Shown one piece after another: positions 1 to 8,553 of a stretch of DNA of 33,715 nt. The notes under the pieces were generated by a model that saw nothing but the letters and a program-made list of their open reading frames with translations, did not search any database and was not told where the DNA came from. Position 1 is the stretch's first letter; each line of letters opens with the position of its first letter. The stretch lies in sequence record SRR2962707_1143; one strand, written 5' to 3'. The position numbers and the translations under genes were made by a program.

Positions 1-1371
1 ACCGGCAATCTCATAGCCCATGCAGGAAAAGCCGTATTCAATATCGACAGTGCCGAGCCCCAGTGAACGCCAATTGGCTGCCATTTCAGACGGAATACCG
101 CCAGCGGCCGCAACAATACGGTCGTCTTTATCGCAAAGCGCATTGATCGTGCCGATGGCTTGCGCATAGGAATTTGGCCGGTTCGTGCCGTCTTTTGTTG
201 TCGCGCTGACATTTTCAGCAACATAGGCATCCCATTTTGCGCGTTCGCCTTGCGCCATTTCTAGCCAGCTATTGGGCGCAGCATAATCGCCCAACGCATC
301 AGACAATATCGGCAATGATAATTTCGCATCGCCAACGATAGGCAGAGACATATGTTTGAGCGCATCGTGACGACCGACATTGAGGCCAATGATTTTAGAA
401 TCGAGCGCAAACGCGGTCCAAGAACCGGTTGTAAAGTCTTGTAGGCGCGTTCCAACGGCCAAGATAACATCTGCTTTATCCGCGATGAGATTTGCGCAGT
501 CTGATCCTGTCACCCCGATTGGGCCAAGATTATACGGATCATTATTTAGAAGATTTGCGCGGCCTGCGATTGTCTCGACTACGGGAATAGCGTGTTTTTC
601 AGCGAACGCTTTTAGCTCGCTGGTCGCGCCCGCATATTGCACGCCGCCGCCAGCAATTATCATCGGGCGCTTGGCTGATTTCAGCAATTTTGCTGCATCT
701 TCAAACTCGAACTGATCAGGCGTTTGGCGGCGAATGCGGTGTACCTTTTTATCAAAGAAAGACATAGGGTAATCATAGGTCCAACCCTGCACATCCTGCG
801 GCAGGCCAATAAAAGCAGGTCCGCAATCTGCAGGATCAAGCATGGTCGCGATGGCTGATGGCAATGTCTGAATGACTTGCGCTGGATGCGTAATGCGGTC
901 CCAATAACGGCACACGGATTTAAAGCCATCATTGACGCCTTCGGATGGATTGCCGAAATTCTCAATTTGCTGCAACACAGGGTCCGGCAAACGGGTCACA
1001 TAGGTGTCACCGCAGAGCATCAACATCGGCAAGCGGTTGGTGTTACAAAGCGCTGCAGAAGTGTAGAGGTTTGTTGTGCCTGGACCGGCTGATGCGGTGC
1101 AGAACATAAAGCGCTGGCGCAAATGATATTTTGCATAGGCGGCAGCGGCAAAACCCATCGACTGCTCATTTTGCCCACGATAGAGCGGCAATTCATCTTT
1201 GTAATTGTAAAGCGCTTCGCCTAAGCATGTCACATTGCCATGACCAAAGATGCCAAAGCCGCCGCCGCAGAAGCGAACCTCCTCGCCGTCGATCTCAATG
1301 AATTGCGCGCTTAGAAAACGAATGATCGCCTGCGCGGTCGTTAATTTGATTGTTGGCTGCTTGTCGCTCAT
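1..1371 (-). CDS. iolD: 3D-(3,5/4)-trihydroxycyclohexane-1,2-dione acylhydrolase (ThDP-dependent), 3'-truncated by window edge
   Basis: Not in the ORF track, so I translated both ends by hand. ATG at 1371 gives MSDKQPTIKLTTAQAIIRFLSAQF...GIFGHGNVTCLGEAL, and the same frame at 60..1 gives GLGTVDIEYGFSCMGYEIAG, both IolD signature segments. SD-like GGGAGG lies upstream (1384-1389, minus strand). Confidence 0.92.
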   Translation of the reverse strand, partial: MSDKQPTIKLTTAQAIIRFLSAQFIEIDGEEVRFCGGGFGIFGHGNVTCLGEALYNYKDELPLYRGQNEQSMGFAAAAYAKYHLRQRFMFCTASAGPGTTNLYTSAALCNTNRLPMLMLCGDTYVTRLPDPVLQQIENFGNPSEGVNDGFKSVCRYWDRITHPAQVIQTLPSAIATMLDPADCGPAFIGLPQDVQGWTYDYPMSFFDKKVHRIRRQTPDQFEFEDAAKLLKSAKRPMIIAGGGVQYAGATSELKAFAEKHAIPVVETIAGRANLLNNDPYNLGPIGVTGSDCANLIADKADVILAVGTRLQDFTTGSWTAFALDSKIIGLNVGRHDALKHMSLPIVGDAKLSLPILSDALGDYAAPNSWLEMAQGERAKWDAYVAENVSATTKDGTNRPNSYAQAIGTINALCDKDDRIVAAAGGIPSEMAANWRSLGLGTVDIEYGFSCMGYEIAG

Positions 1372-1424
1372 GGCCCGTATATTCCTCCCAAATCACTTCT
1401 AACTTGCTTTATCATGTTTGCCGC

Positions 1425-1454
1425 TTGACGGCTTGTTAGTTCTAAGGATACTAA
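1425..1454 (+). promoter_or_regulatory. putative sigma70 promoter for the TIM-barrel/dehydrogenase operon
   Basis: TTGACG (1425-1430) is followed 16-18 nt later by GATACT/TACTAA, directly upstream of the operator palindrome. Confidence 0.4.
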
Positions 1455-1455
1455 T

Positions 1456-1473
1456 TTTGCAACCGGTTGCAAA
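1456..1473. promoter_or_regulatory. LacI-family operator, copy 1
   Basis: Perfect 18-bp palindrome TTTGCAACCGGTTGCAAA with central CG, typical of LacI-family sites. It sits in the divergent iolD / TIM-barrel intergenic region and its core recurs at 4641-4654. Confidence 0.85.
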
Positions 1474-1507
1474 CCGAAATTATAAACTATTTTGAGGGAG
1501 GCTTAAA

Positions 1508-2401
1508 ATGGCAATTACAATCGGCAATGCGCCGTGCTCTTGGGGGGTAGAATTTGCCGCTGATCCGCGCAATCCGGCTTGGGAAACTGTGCTAGATGAA
1601 TGCGCTGCAGCGGGCTATAAGGGCATTGAGCTTGGCCCAATCGGTTTCATGCCCGAAGACCCAGCTATTTTAGGCGAAGCGCTTGCGACGCGCGATTTAG
1701 AACTCATCGGCGGCGTGGTTTTCCGCGCATTTCATGACCCTGCTGCGTTTGATGATGTGATGGACGCGACATTGCGCACGTGCAAAGCGCTGGTTGCTCA
1801 TGGTGCGCAGCATCTTGTTTTGATCGACAGTATTTCGCCGCGCCGTGCACCAACAGCTGGCCGCGCGGGCGAAGCAGAACAAATGGACAAAGCCGAATGG
1901 GCCGCATTTGCTGGCCGAATCGCACAAATCGCGGAAATCGGCGCCGGAGAATACGGCTTGACGGTCGGCATTCACGCACATGCGGCTGGCTTCATTGATT
2001 TTGAGCCAGAGCTTGAACGGCTTCTTTCGGAAGTTGACGAGAGCATTTTGAAAATTTGCTTTGATACAGGCCACCATACTTACGCAGGTTATGATCCGGT
2101 TGCCTTTATGAAGCGCCATATGGACCGAATTTCCTATATGCACTTCAAGGACATTGATCCGGTCGTAAAAGCAAATGTGATTGCCAATCGCACCGGATTT
2201 TATGATGCGTGTGGACAAGGTATTTTCTGCAATCTAGGTCAGGGCAAAGTTGACTTTCCCGCGGTCCATAAATTGCTTGTGGATAGTGGTTTTGACGGAT
2301 GGTGCACAGTTGAGCAGGACTGCGATCCGACACTTGATGTGCGCCCGCAAGACGATGCGAAAGCAAACCGCGACTATCTTGAATCAATTGGCTTTATGTA
2401 A
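1508..2401 (+). CDS. sugar phosphate isomerase/epimerase TIM-barrel protein, IolE (inosose dehydratase)-like
   Basis: 297 aa with GYKGIELGP, HAHA, CFDTGHH, YMHFKD and VEQD metal-binding motifs of the xylose-isomerase-like TIM barrel. SD GGGAGG; divergent from iolD. Confidence 0.85.
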   Translation: MAITIGNAPCSWGVEFAADPRNPAWETVLDECAAAGYKGIELGPIGFMPEDPAILGEALATRDLELIGGVVFRAFHDPAAFDDVMDATLRTCKALVAHGAQHLVLIDSISPRRAPTAGRAGEAEQMDKAEWAAFAGRIAQIAEIGAGEYGLTVGIHAHAAGFIDFEPELERLLSEVDESILKICFDTGHHTYAGYDPVAFMKRHMDRISYMHFKDIDPVVKANVIANRTGFYDACGQGIFCNLGQGKVDFPAVHKLLVDSGFDGWCTVEQDCDPTLDVRPQDDAKANRDYLESIGFM

Positions 2402-2412
2402 GGGAGAACATA

Positions 2413-3570
2413 ATGGCGAAACTAAAATGGGGTATGATCGGCGGCGGTGAAGGCAGCCAAATTGGACCTGCGCACCGCATTAGCGCTGGCCTTGATGGCT
2501 TGTTTGAATTTTGCGCTGGGGCATTGGATCACAATCCAGACGCGGGGCGCGAATATGCGCAGCGCCTCGGCATTGCAGAAGACCGCGCCTATGGCGATTG
2601 GCGCGAAATGTTGGCGGGCGAAAGCGCGCGCGACGACCGCATAAATTTGGTCACAGTCGCGACACCCAATGCAACGCATTTTGAAATCACCAAGGCATTT
2701 CTTGAAGGCGGCTTTCATGTCTTGTGCGAAAAGCCAATGACGATGGGCGTTGAAGAAGGCGAAGAGATTGTCAAAATAGCAGAAATGACCGGCAATATTT
2801 GCGCGGTCAATTACGGCTACTCGGGCTATTCTTTAGTGCGCCATATGCGGGCAATGGTAGCGCGGGGCGACTTAGGCAAAATTCGCCTTGTCAAAGCTGA
2901 ATTTGCGCATGGCCACCACGCCGATGCGGCCGATGCGGATAACCCACGCGTGCGCTGGCGGTATGATCCGGCGCAAGCAGGTGTGTCAGCACAGTTTGCC
3001 GATTGCGGCATTCACGCCATGCACATGGCAAGCTTTGTGACCGGCCAAGAAGTGACTGAACTTTCTGCCGATATCGCTTCGTGCATCGAAAGCCGCGTGC
3101 TGGAAGATGATGCGATGGTGAACTTTAAAATGGATGGCGGTACGATCGGCAGGCTTTGGACCTCATCCATCGCTATTGGCCGCCAGCACGGTCTGGGGAT
3201 TGAGGTTTTTGGTGAAAAAGGCGGCCTGCGCTGGAGCCAAGAGCAACCCAATCAGCTCTATTATATGCCGCTTGGCAAGCGTCTTGAAATCATCGAGCGC
3301 GGTGCGGGCAATCTATCGCCGGAAGCGGACCGTTCAAGCCGCGTAACGGTTGGACATGCCGAAGGCATGCCGCTCGCCTTTGCCAATATTTATTTAGATC
3401 TTGCCGAAGCGATTAAAGCCAAACAAGAAAATCGTCCTATGGACAAAGCCGCTGATTTATATCCTCGTGCCAGCGATGGATTGCGCTCGATGGCGGCTGT
3501 TTCTGCGGTGGCGGAATCCGGCAAAGCCAATGGTAAATGGGTGGATGCACGTCCGCCGATGTATCGGTAG
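2413..3570 (+). CDS. Gfo/Idh/MocA family NAD(P)-dependent oxidoreductase
   Basis: 385 aa with N-terminal GMIGGG, VATPNATH, HVLCEKP and DCGIH motifs. SD GGGAG; 11 nt after the previous gene. Confidence 0.9.
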   Translation: MAKLKWGMIGGGEGSQIGPAHRISAGLDGLFEFCAGALDHNPDAGREYAQRLGIAEDRAYGDWREMLAGESARDDRINLVTVATPNATHFEITKAFLEGGFHVLCEKPMTMGVEEGEEIVKIAEMTGNICAVNYGYSGYSLVRHMRAMVARGDLGKIRLVKAEFAHGHHADAADADNPRVRWRYDPAQAGVSAQFADCGIHAMHMASFVTGQEVTELSADIASCIESRVLEDDAMVNFKMDGGTIGRLWTSSIAIGRQHGLGIEVFGEKGGLRWSQEQPNQLYYMPLGKRLEIIERGAGNLSPEADRSSRVTVGHAEGMPLAFANIYLDLAEAIKAKQENRPMDKAADLYPRASDGLRSMAAVSAVAESGKANGKWVDARPPMYR

Positions 3571-3571
3571 G

Positions 3572-4576
3572 CTAAACGCCCTTTGACGCACGCAGCGTTT
3601 TGCGCTCTGTGATGCGGCACGGGAAAATCTGCGCGGTGGGCTTGTCCACCGCGCCCAATAACATCTGGCTTATCAATGCAACGCTGGCACCTACCATTTG
3701 GCCAATGGGCTGATGAATGGTGGTAAGATCAATGCCTTCCCAGCCAGCCATCTCCATATCGTTGAGACCTAAAATGCCGATATCCTCAGGCACTTTAAGG
3801 CCGTGTTCTTTAATCGCGCTCAAAGCGCCAATGGACAACACATCATCGCCGCAGAAATAGGCTTCGCAGGGATTATCCATCAGCAAGCGCTGCATTTCTT
3901 TGCGCCCTGCATCAAAGGTGTAAGCGCCAGCAAAGCTGTGGCTCACTTTAAGCGAAGGATGCTTTTCTAACTCAGACAGAAAGCCTTTTTGACGATCTTG
4001 CGTTGACGTCGCGTTTTCAGGCCCGCCCAGAAAGCCAACACGTTGATAATGACGTGCAACCAATTCCCGCGCCGCCATGCGCCCTGCTTCCACATTGTCG
4101 ATGCCAACAACATGTACCGGCGGGCGGGCTGCATAACGGCCAAAGCAATGGACGACGGGAATACCCGCATCGCCAAAGGATTTGGCAAAGCTTGGTGGCA
4201 GTGTTGACGAGGCAACGATCACACCATCAACCGAATATTGCTGCAATAAGCGCACGGAATTTTCAGGCTCAGTCTCATCGGTTAGATTGACGATCAGGGG
4301 CCGCAACCCCAGATCCTGCAAACCACGGGTGAACAGATCGAACACTTCCAGAAAGATCGGGTTATGGAAGTTGTTAGATACAAGGCCGATCAGCTTGGTG
4401 CGTCCGGTTGTGAGGCTGGAGGCGAGCGCATTGGGGCTATAGCCCAATTCTGTGGCGGCATTTTCGACTTTTTCGCGCATTTTGGCAGAAACAGATGCGC
4501 CATCGGTGAAAGCCCGTGAGACTGCGGATCGTGATACGCCCGCGCGCTTTGCGACGTCTTTAAGTGTCACTGCCAT
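3572..4576 (-). CDS. LacI family transcriptional regulator
   Basis: 334 aa with the HTH TLKDVAKRAGVSRSAVSRAF, hinge YSPNALASSL and C-terminal VPEDIGILG...LTTIHQP. Confidence 0.95.
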   Translation of the reverse strand: MAVTLKDVAKRAGVSRSAVSRAFTDGASVSAKMREKVENAATELGYSPNALASSLTTGRTKLIGLVSNNFHNPIFLEVFDLFTRGLQDLGLRPLIVNLTDETEPENSVRLLQQYSVDGVIVASSTLPPSFAKSFGDAGIPVVHCFGRYAARPPVHVVGIDNVEAGRMAARELVARHYQRVGFLGGPENATSTQDRQKGFLSELEKHPSLKVSHSFAGAYTFDAGRKEMQRLLMDNPCEAYFCGDDVLSIGALSAIKEHGLKVPEDIGILGLNDMEMAGWEGIDLTTIHQPIGQMVGASVALISQMLLGAVDKPTAQIFPCRITERKTLRASKGV

Positions 4577-4616
4577 ATATGCTCAGCGCTCCGCGTGGCT
4601 ATATTTAATTAACAAG

Positions 4617-4645
4617 AGTGTAGTTAAATAATCCATGCACTGCAA
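4617..4645 (-). promoter_or_regulatory. putative sigma70 promoter of the LacI gene
   Basis: Minus strand reads TTGCAG (4645-4640), N17, TACACT (4622-4617). The -35 element overlaps operator copy 2. Confidence 0.6.
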
Positions 4646-4654
4646 CCGGTTGCA
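4641..4654. promoter_or_regulatory. LacI-family operator, copy 2 (autoregulatory)
   Basis: Perfect 14-bp palindrome TGCAACCGGTTGCA, identical to the core of 1456-1473, about 65 nt upstream of the LacI start. Confidence 0.85.
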
Positions 4655-4656
4655 AG

Positions 4657-5505
4657 TTACTGAGCCGCGACTGTTGTTTGTGCCTGCTCGCCCAGACCTT
4701 CAATGCCTAGACGCATCTTTTGGCCAGCTTTCAAGAACACTGGCTGCGGCTTTACGCCCATGCCAACGCCTGGCGGCGTGCCGGTAGAGATAATGTCACC
4801 TGGCTGCAAGCTCATAAATTGGCTGATATAGCTGACGAGTTCTGCAACGCCGAACACCATCGTATTGGTTGAACCGTTTTGATATTTATGGCCATCGACC
4901 TCAAGCCATAGCGAAAGTTTTTGCGGATCAGCAACTTCATCGCGCGTGACCATCCACGGCCCCATTGGGCCAAATGTATCGGCTGATTTACCTTTAACCC
5001 ATTGGCCGCCGCGCTCTATTTGAAATGCGCGCTCGGACACATCATTGATCACGCAATAGCCGGCAACATGTTTGAAGGCATCTTCTTTAGAAACATAGCG
5101 GGCTTCATCGCCAATAACGATGCCGAGCTCTACTTCCCAGTCTGTTTTTTCAGAATTGCGCGGAATGATAACATTATCATTTGGACCGCAAATCGCGCTG
5201 GTGGCTTTCATGAACAAAATTGGTTCTTCTGGCACAGCCATGCCGGTTTCGGCAGCGTGGTCAGAATAGTTGAGGCCAACACAGATGAATTTTCCAACGG
5301 ACCCAACGCATGCGCCGATGCGCGGATCACCGCTCACCAAGGGCAGGCTTTCAATATCTGTTTTTCGGATGGCTTCGATGCCTTTTGCTGTGAGCACATC
5401 GCCTGCCACATCGCCGATAACGGCAGATAGGTCTCGGATCTGGCCATCATTATCAAGAACACCGGGTTTTTCTTGACCAACAGGCCCATAGCGCAAAAGT
5501 TTCAT
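4657..5505 (-). CDS. fumarylacetoacetate hydrolase (FAH) family protein
   Basis: 282 aa with CVGLNYSDH, DWEVELG, NDVSER, WVKGKS and GDIISTGTPPGVG motifs. SD GGAGG. Confidence 0.93.
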   Translation of the reverse strand: MKLLRYGPVGQEKPGVLDNDGQIRDLSAVIGDVAGDVLTAKGIEAIRKTDIESLPLVSGDPRIGACVGSVGKFICVGLNYSDHAAETGMAVPEEPILFMKATSAICGPNDNVIIPRNSEKTDWEVELGIVIGDEARYVSKEDAFKHVAGYCVINDVSERAFQIERGGQWVKGKSADTFGPMGPWMVTRDEVADPQKLSLWLEVDGHKYQNGSTNTMVFGVAELVSYISQFMSLQPGDIISTGTPPGVGMGVKPQPVFLKAGQKMRLGIEGLGEQAQTTVAAQ

Positions 5506-5588
5506 CGTTCATCCTCCAAAATGCTTACGACTTATTTGTTTAATGAATAGCAATGTTTCTGCAAGCCCCATTGAGGCGAATATCGCAG

Positions 5589-6293
5589 TCACTTTGAGAG
5601 CACGGTTACCAAGGCAAGTTGATCGGCATATTCGTTTATTGCGGCCTCCCCCTTAGGCGTGAGGCCATACATCCCAAGACCTTCTTCGCGCTGAAACCAG
5701 CCATAATGGTCTGTGGCCATGATAGTGCGCGCGCGGTCTACTTGCGCTATTTTCGCAACAAGAGCTGCTTTGGTTGGTCCTTGATCGTTCAAGACCTTCA
5801 AACAGCGGATCGCATCTTGGCGATAGGCGGTCATGATGGTTTGGCGGGTTGATCCGCCGACATTGGGATCGCCCAAGCGCTTTTCAAACTCCCGCAACAG
5901 CCTCGCCTTTTTGGGCGCAGATTGGCGGGGTTTATAGGGCGAGGGATCGACATGCGCCTCCACAAATCCATCGCTTAAACGCACGCTCATGAGGCCAAGG
6001 CCCAAGCGGCGGCACAGGCGCTTATTGTTTTTTAAATTGGATAGAAAGGCGCGTCCCTTGCCGCGCGGCGCGGCGATGTAGACATTTTCGCTGAGCGATA
6101 GACGCTCCACCGCCTGATGAAAAAGCGTGAGCGTAAAGCCGACTTTCATCTCAACGATCACAGGTTCTTCATCGCCGCGCATTGCCACAATATCGGCGGC
6201 ACCAATCTCAGCCTTCACCTCATAGCCCTGTTTTTCAAGAAAGGCTTTGATGGGCGCATAAAGATCAGTTTCTGCAATTTTTGGCTTAGCCAT
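5589..6293 (-). CDS. DUF2161-family putative PD-(D/E)XK-type phosphodiesterase
   Basis: Likely start MAKPKIAETDLY at 6293 (234 aa). ETDLY..GYEVKAEI..ADIVA..IVEMK..Q matches an E..D..ExK nuclease-like core; GDPNVGGS..MTAYRQ and HYGWF resemble DUF2161 as I recall it. Confidence 0.75.
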   Translation of the reverse strand: MAKPKIAETDLYAPIKAFLEKQGYEVKAEIGAADIVAMRGDEEPVIVEMKVGFTLTLFHQAVERLSLSENVYIAAPRGKGRAFLSNLKNNKRLCRRLGLGLMSVRLSDGFVEAHVDPSPYKPRQSAPKKARLLREFEKRLGDPNVGGSTRQTIMTAYRQDAIRCLKVLNDQGPTKAALVAKIAQVDRARTIMATDHYGWFQREEGLGMYGLTPKGEAAINEYADQLALVTVLSK

Positions 6294-6363
6294 CGGTATT
6301 AAAATTCCGCGAATCGAAGCTACACAATGCCCCGTTTTCGCAATCATTTGGTTAATCTTGCGC

Positions 6364-6855
6364 TCATGTAAATTGAAGCAAATAAGCAACAATTATATAG
6401 CGCAGCGTTTTAGCGCAGCCGACGATCAGCAAAAACCGCCAAAGTGGTTCGCGCAGCACACCGGCAATCAGGGTAATTGGGTCGCCAATAATGGGCACCC
6501 AAGACAGGGCCAAACTCCAAAATCCATATTTGTGATAGAAACGGCGCGCCCGTTCTAACTGCGCAGGCCTGGCGGGAAACCAACGCCGATCCTTATATTG
6601 CTCAAGCGCACGGCCCAAAAACCAATTGACCACAGCGCCCAAAATATTGCCCAAACTGGCAAAAACCACCAACCATAGCACCGCATAGCTGCCCGTTTGA
6701 TAAAGCGCCGCAAGGCCAATTTCGCTGGGCATTGGCACAATTGTAGCGGCCAAAAAGCTGGTAATAAAAAGGCTTAAATATCCGGTGAGCGATGACAATG
6801 GCAAATTTTCGCATTTCAGTGTTGGGTAGATTGCCCGTATTAAATAAATTTGCAC
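6364..6855 (-). CDS. yqaA: YqaA family (DedA/VTT-domain) membrane protein
   Basis: FLAATIVPMPSE, GNILGAVVNWFLGR, KYGFWSLALSWVPIIGDPITLIAG and KTLRY motifs. The true start is uncertain and probably near 6800. Confidence 0.85.
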   Translation of the reverse strand: MQIYLIRAIYPTLKCENLPLSSLTGYLSLFITSFLAATIVPMPSEIGLAALYQTGSYAVLWLVVFASLGNILGAVVNWFLGRALEQYKDRRWFPARPAQLERARRFYHKYGFWSLALSWVPIIGDPITLIAGVLREPLWRFLLIVGCAKTLRYIIVAYLLQFT

Positions 6856-6947
6856 TCACCGAAGTGTGAACATGAAGCCCAATGATGTGAAAGCAATTTT
6901 AGCGCAAGTCTAGTATATAAAAAGCCTCAAAAGGTTCGGAGAACAAA

Positions 6948-7916
6948 ATGCGCCCTTATAAATACCCAATGCCTAAGCCATCAGAAATTACATCTGAAGC
7001 GATGTTTATGAACCGCCGCAGCTTTATGGCGGGTGCTTCTGCGCTTGCACTTGGCTCGCTTGCCGCACCAGCGCATGCCGACGAACTTTCAGACAGTTTG
7101 GGTATCCGGCCGCTGAACGTGGCAAAGATGGACAGTCCCTATTCGATTAAGGAAGCGCCAAACTCCCTCGAGAACATCACCGAATATAATAATTTTTATG
7201 AGTTTGGCTTTGATAAGGGCGACCCTGCCCGCAACGCTGGCGCGCTTACGGTTGATCCTTGGGCGATTAAAGTTGGCGGCCTTGTCAATAATCCGGGCTC
7301 GATTGATATCAACGACCTTCTCAATAGCCCTGAATTGGAAGAACGGATTTATCGCCTGCGCTGCGTAGAAGCATGGTCAATGGTCATTCCGTGGGTTGGC
7401 ATTCCGCTGGCCAGCCTGATTAAGAAATATGATGTTCAAGGCAGCGCAAAATATGTGCAGTTTCAAACGTTGTTGCGCCCTGAAGAAATGAACGGGCAAA
7501 GTGATCGCTCTGGCATTGATTGGCCTTATGGGGAAGGCCTGCGCATGGATGAAGCAATGCACCCGCTGACCATTTTAGCGGTAGGTCTTTATGGCAAGAC
7601 AATGCCGAAACAAAACGGTGCGCCGGTGCGCCTTGTTGTGCCGTGGAAATATGGCTTCAAATCTATCAAATCCATCGTCGCGCTGAATTTTACAGAAGAG
7701 CAACCCGTGACCACATGGAACACGCTTCAAGCCAATGAATATGGGTTTTATGCCAATGTGAACCCGAATGTTGATCATCCGCGTTGGAGCCAAGCGAGCG
7801 AGCGCGTCATCGGCTCTGGTATTTTTGCCAAGCGCCGAGATACGGAAATGTTCAACGGTTATGGTGAGCAAGTTGCATCGCTATATGACGGCATGGATTT
7901 AGCGAAGTTTTACTAA
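6948..7916 (+). CDS. msrP: protein-methionine-sulfoxide reductase catalytic subunit (Mo-cofactor, Tat-exported)
   Basis: Tat motif NRRSFM; YNNFYEFG, RLRCVEAWSMVIPW, QNGAPVRLVVPWKYGFKSIKSI and HPRWSQASER. SD GGAG. Confidence 0.97.
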   Translation: MRPYKYPMPKPSEITSEAMFMNRRSFMAGASALALGSLAAPAHADELSDSLGIRPLNVAKMDSPYSIKEAPNSLENITEYNNFYEFGFDKGDPARNAGALTVDPWAIKVGGLVNNPGSIDINDLLNSPELEERIYRLRCVEAWSMVIPWVGIPLASLIKKYDVQGSAKYVQFQTLLRPEEMNGQSDRSGIDWPYGEGLRMDEAMHPLTILAVGLYGKTMPKQNGAPVRLVVPWKYGFKSIKSIVALNFTEEQPVTTWNTLQANEYGFYANVNPNVDHPRWSQASERVIGSGIFAKRRDTEMFNGYGEQVASLYDGMDLAKFY

Positions 7917-8516
7917 ATGGCGCAATCAAAACTCTGGACGAAGGCACCCAGCTGGGTGGTGTACGGCCTTGGCTTTTTGCCAGCCGCATTTCTGATATAT
8001 GGTGTGGTCACCAACACGCTCGGGCCGGATCCAGTGCGCGTGCTGGAATTTGAACTTGGTCAATGGGCGCTAAAATTCCTGATTTTAGGCCTGATGATTA
8101 CGCCGATTATGAAATTTGCGCGCATTAATCTCATCAAATATCGCCGCGCAATTGGACTGACTGCGTTTTTCTATGTGTTTATGCATTTGCTCGTTTACAC
8201 GCTGCTCGATCGGCAGCTCGATTTAGCGGTTATCATCAAGGATGTTTTAAAGCGCCCTTACATCACGATCGGCATGGCTGCATTTTTGTTGCTGTTGCCG
8301 CTGGCGATCACGTCCAACAATTTATCAATCCGCAAATTAGGCGCATTGAAATGGAATAAGTTGCATAAGCTCGTTTATCTGGCGGTTGTTTTAGGCGCGC
8401 TGCATTACATGCTGCTCACAAAAACATGGCAGATCGAGCCGATTTCTTATTTTATCGGCGCATTGGCTTTGGTCTCTCTGCGCAAGTTCTATCCAAAAAG
8501 AAAACCCAGCCGCTAG
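7917..8516 (+). CDS. msrQ: protein-methionine-sulfoxide reductase heme-binding membrane subunit
   Basis: 199 aa hydrophobic protein with RRAIGL..FFY..H, KRPYITIG, LAITSN and WNKLHKLVY..LHY. Starts directly after the msrP stop. Confidence 0.95.
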   Translation: MAQSKLWTKAPSWVVYGLGFLPAAFLIYGVVTNTLGPDPVRVLEFELGQWALKFLILGLMITPIMKFARINLIKYRRAIGLTAFFYVFMHLLVYTLLDRQLDLAVIIKDVLKRPYITIGMAAFLLLLPLAITSNNLSIRKLGALKWNKLHKLVYLAVVLGALHYMLLTKTWQIEPISYFIGALALVSLRKFYPKRKPSR

Positions 8517-8525
8517 GCTGGGTTT
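8502..8525. terminator. intrinsic terminator between convergent msrQ and znuA
   Basis: Perfect 10-bp stem AAACCCAGCC, loop GCTA, GGCTGGGTTT. A T-rich tail follows on the minus strand, so it likely terminates znuA and may be bidirectional. Confidence 0.7.
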
Positions 8526-8553
8526 CAGTGAATTATGCATCGCGTGATGAATA

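Noticed and set aside
261-1092. Four short ORFs from the track (69-111 aa)
   Set aside because: All lie within iolD, which the track missed because it runs off the window edge; they are shadow ORFs.
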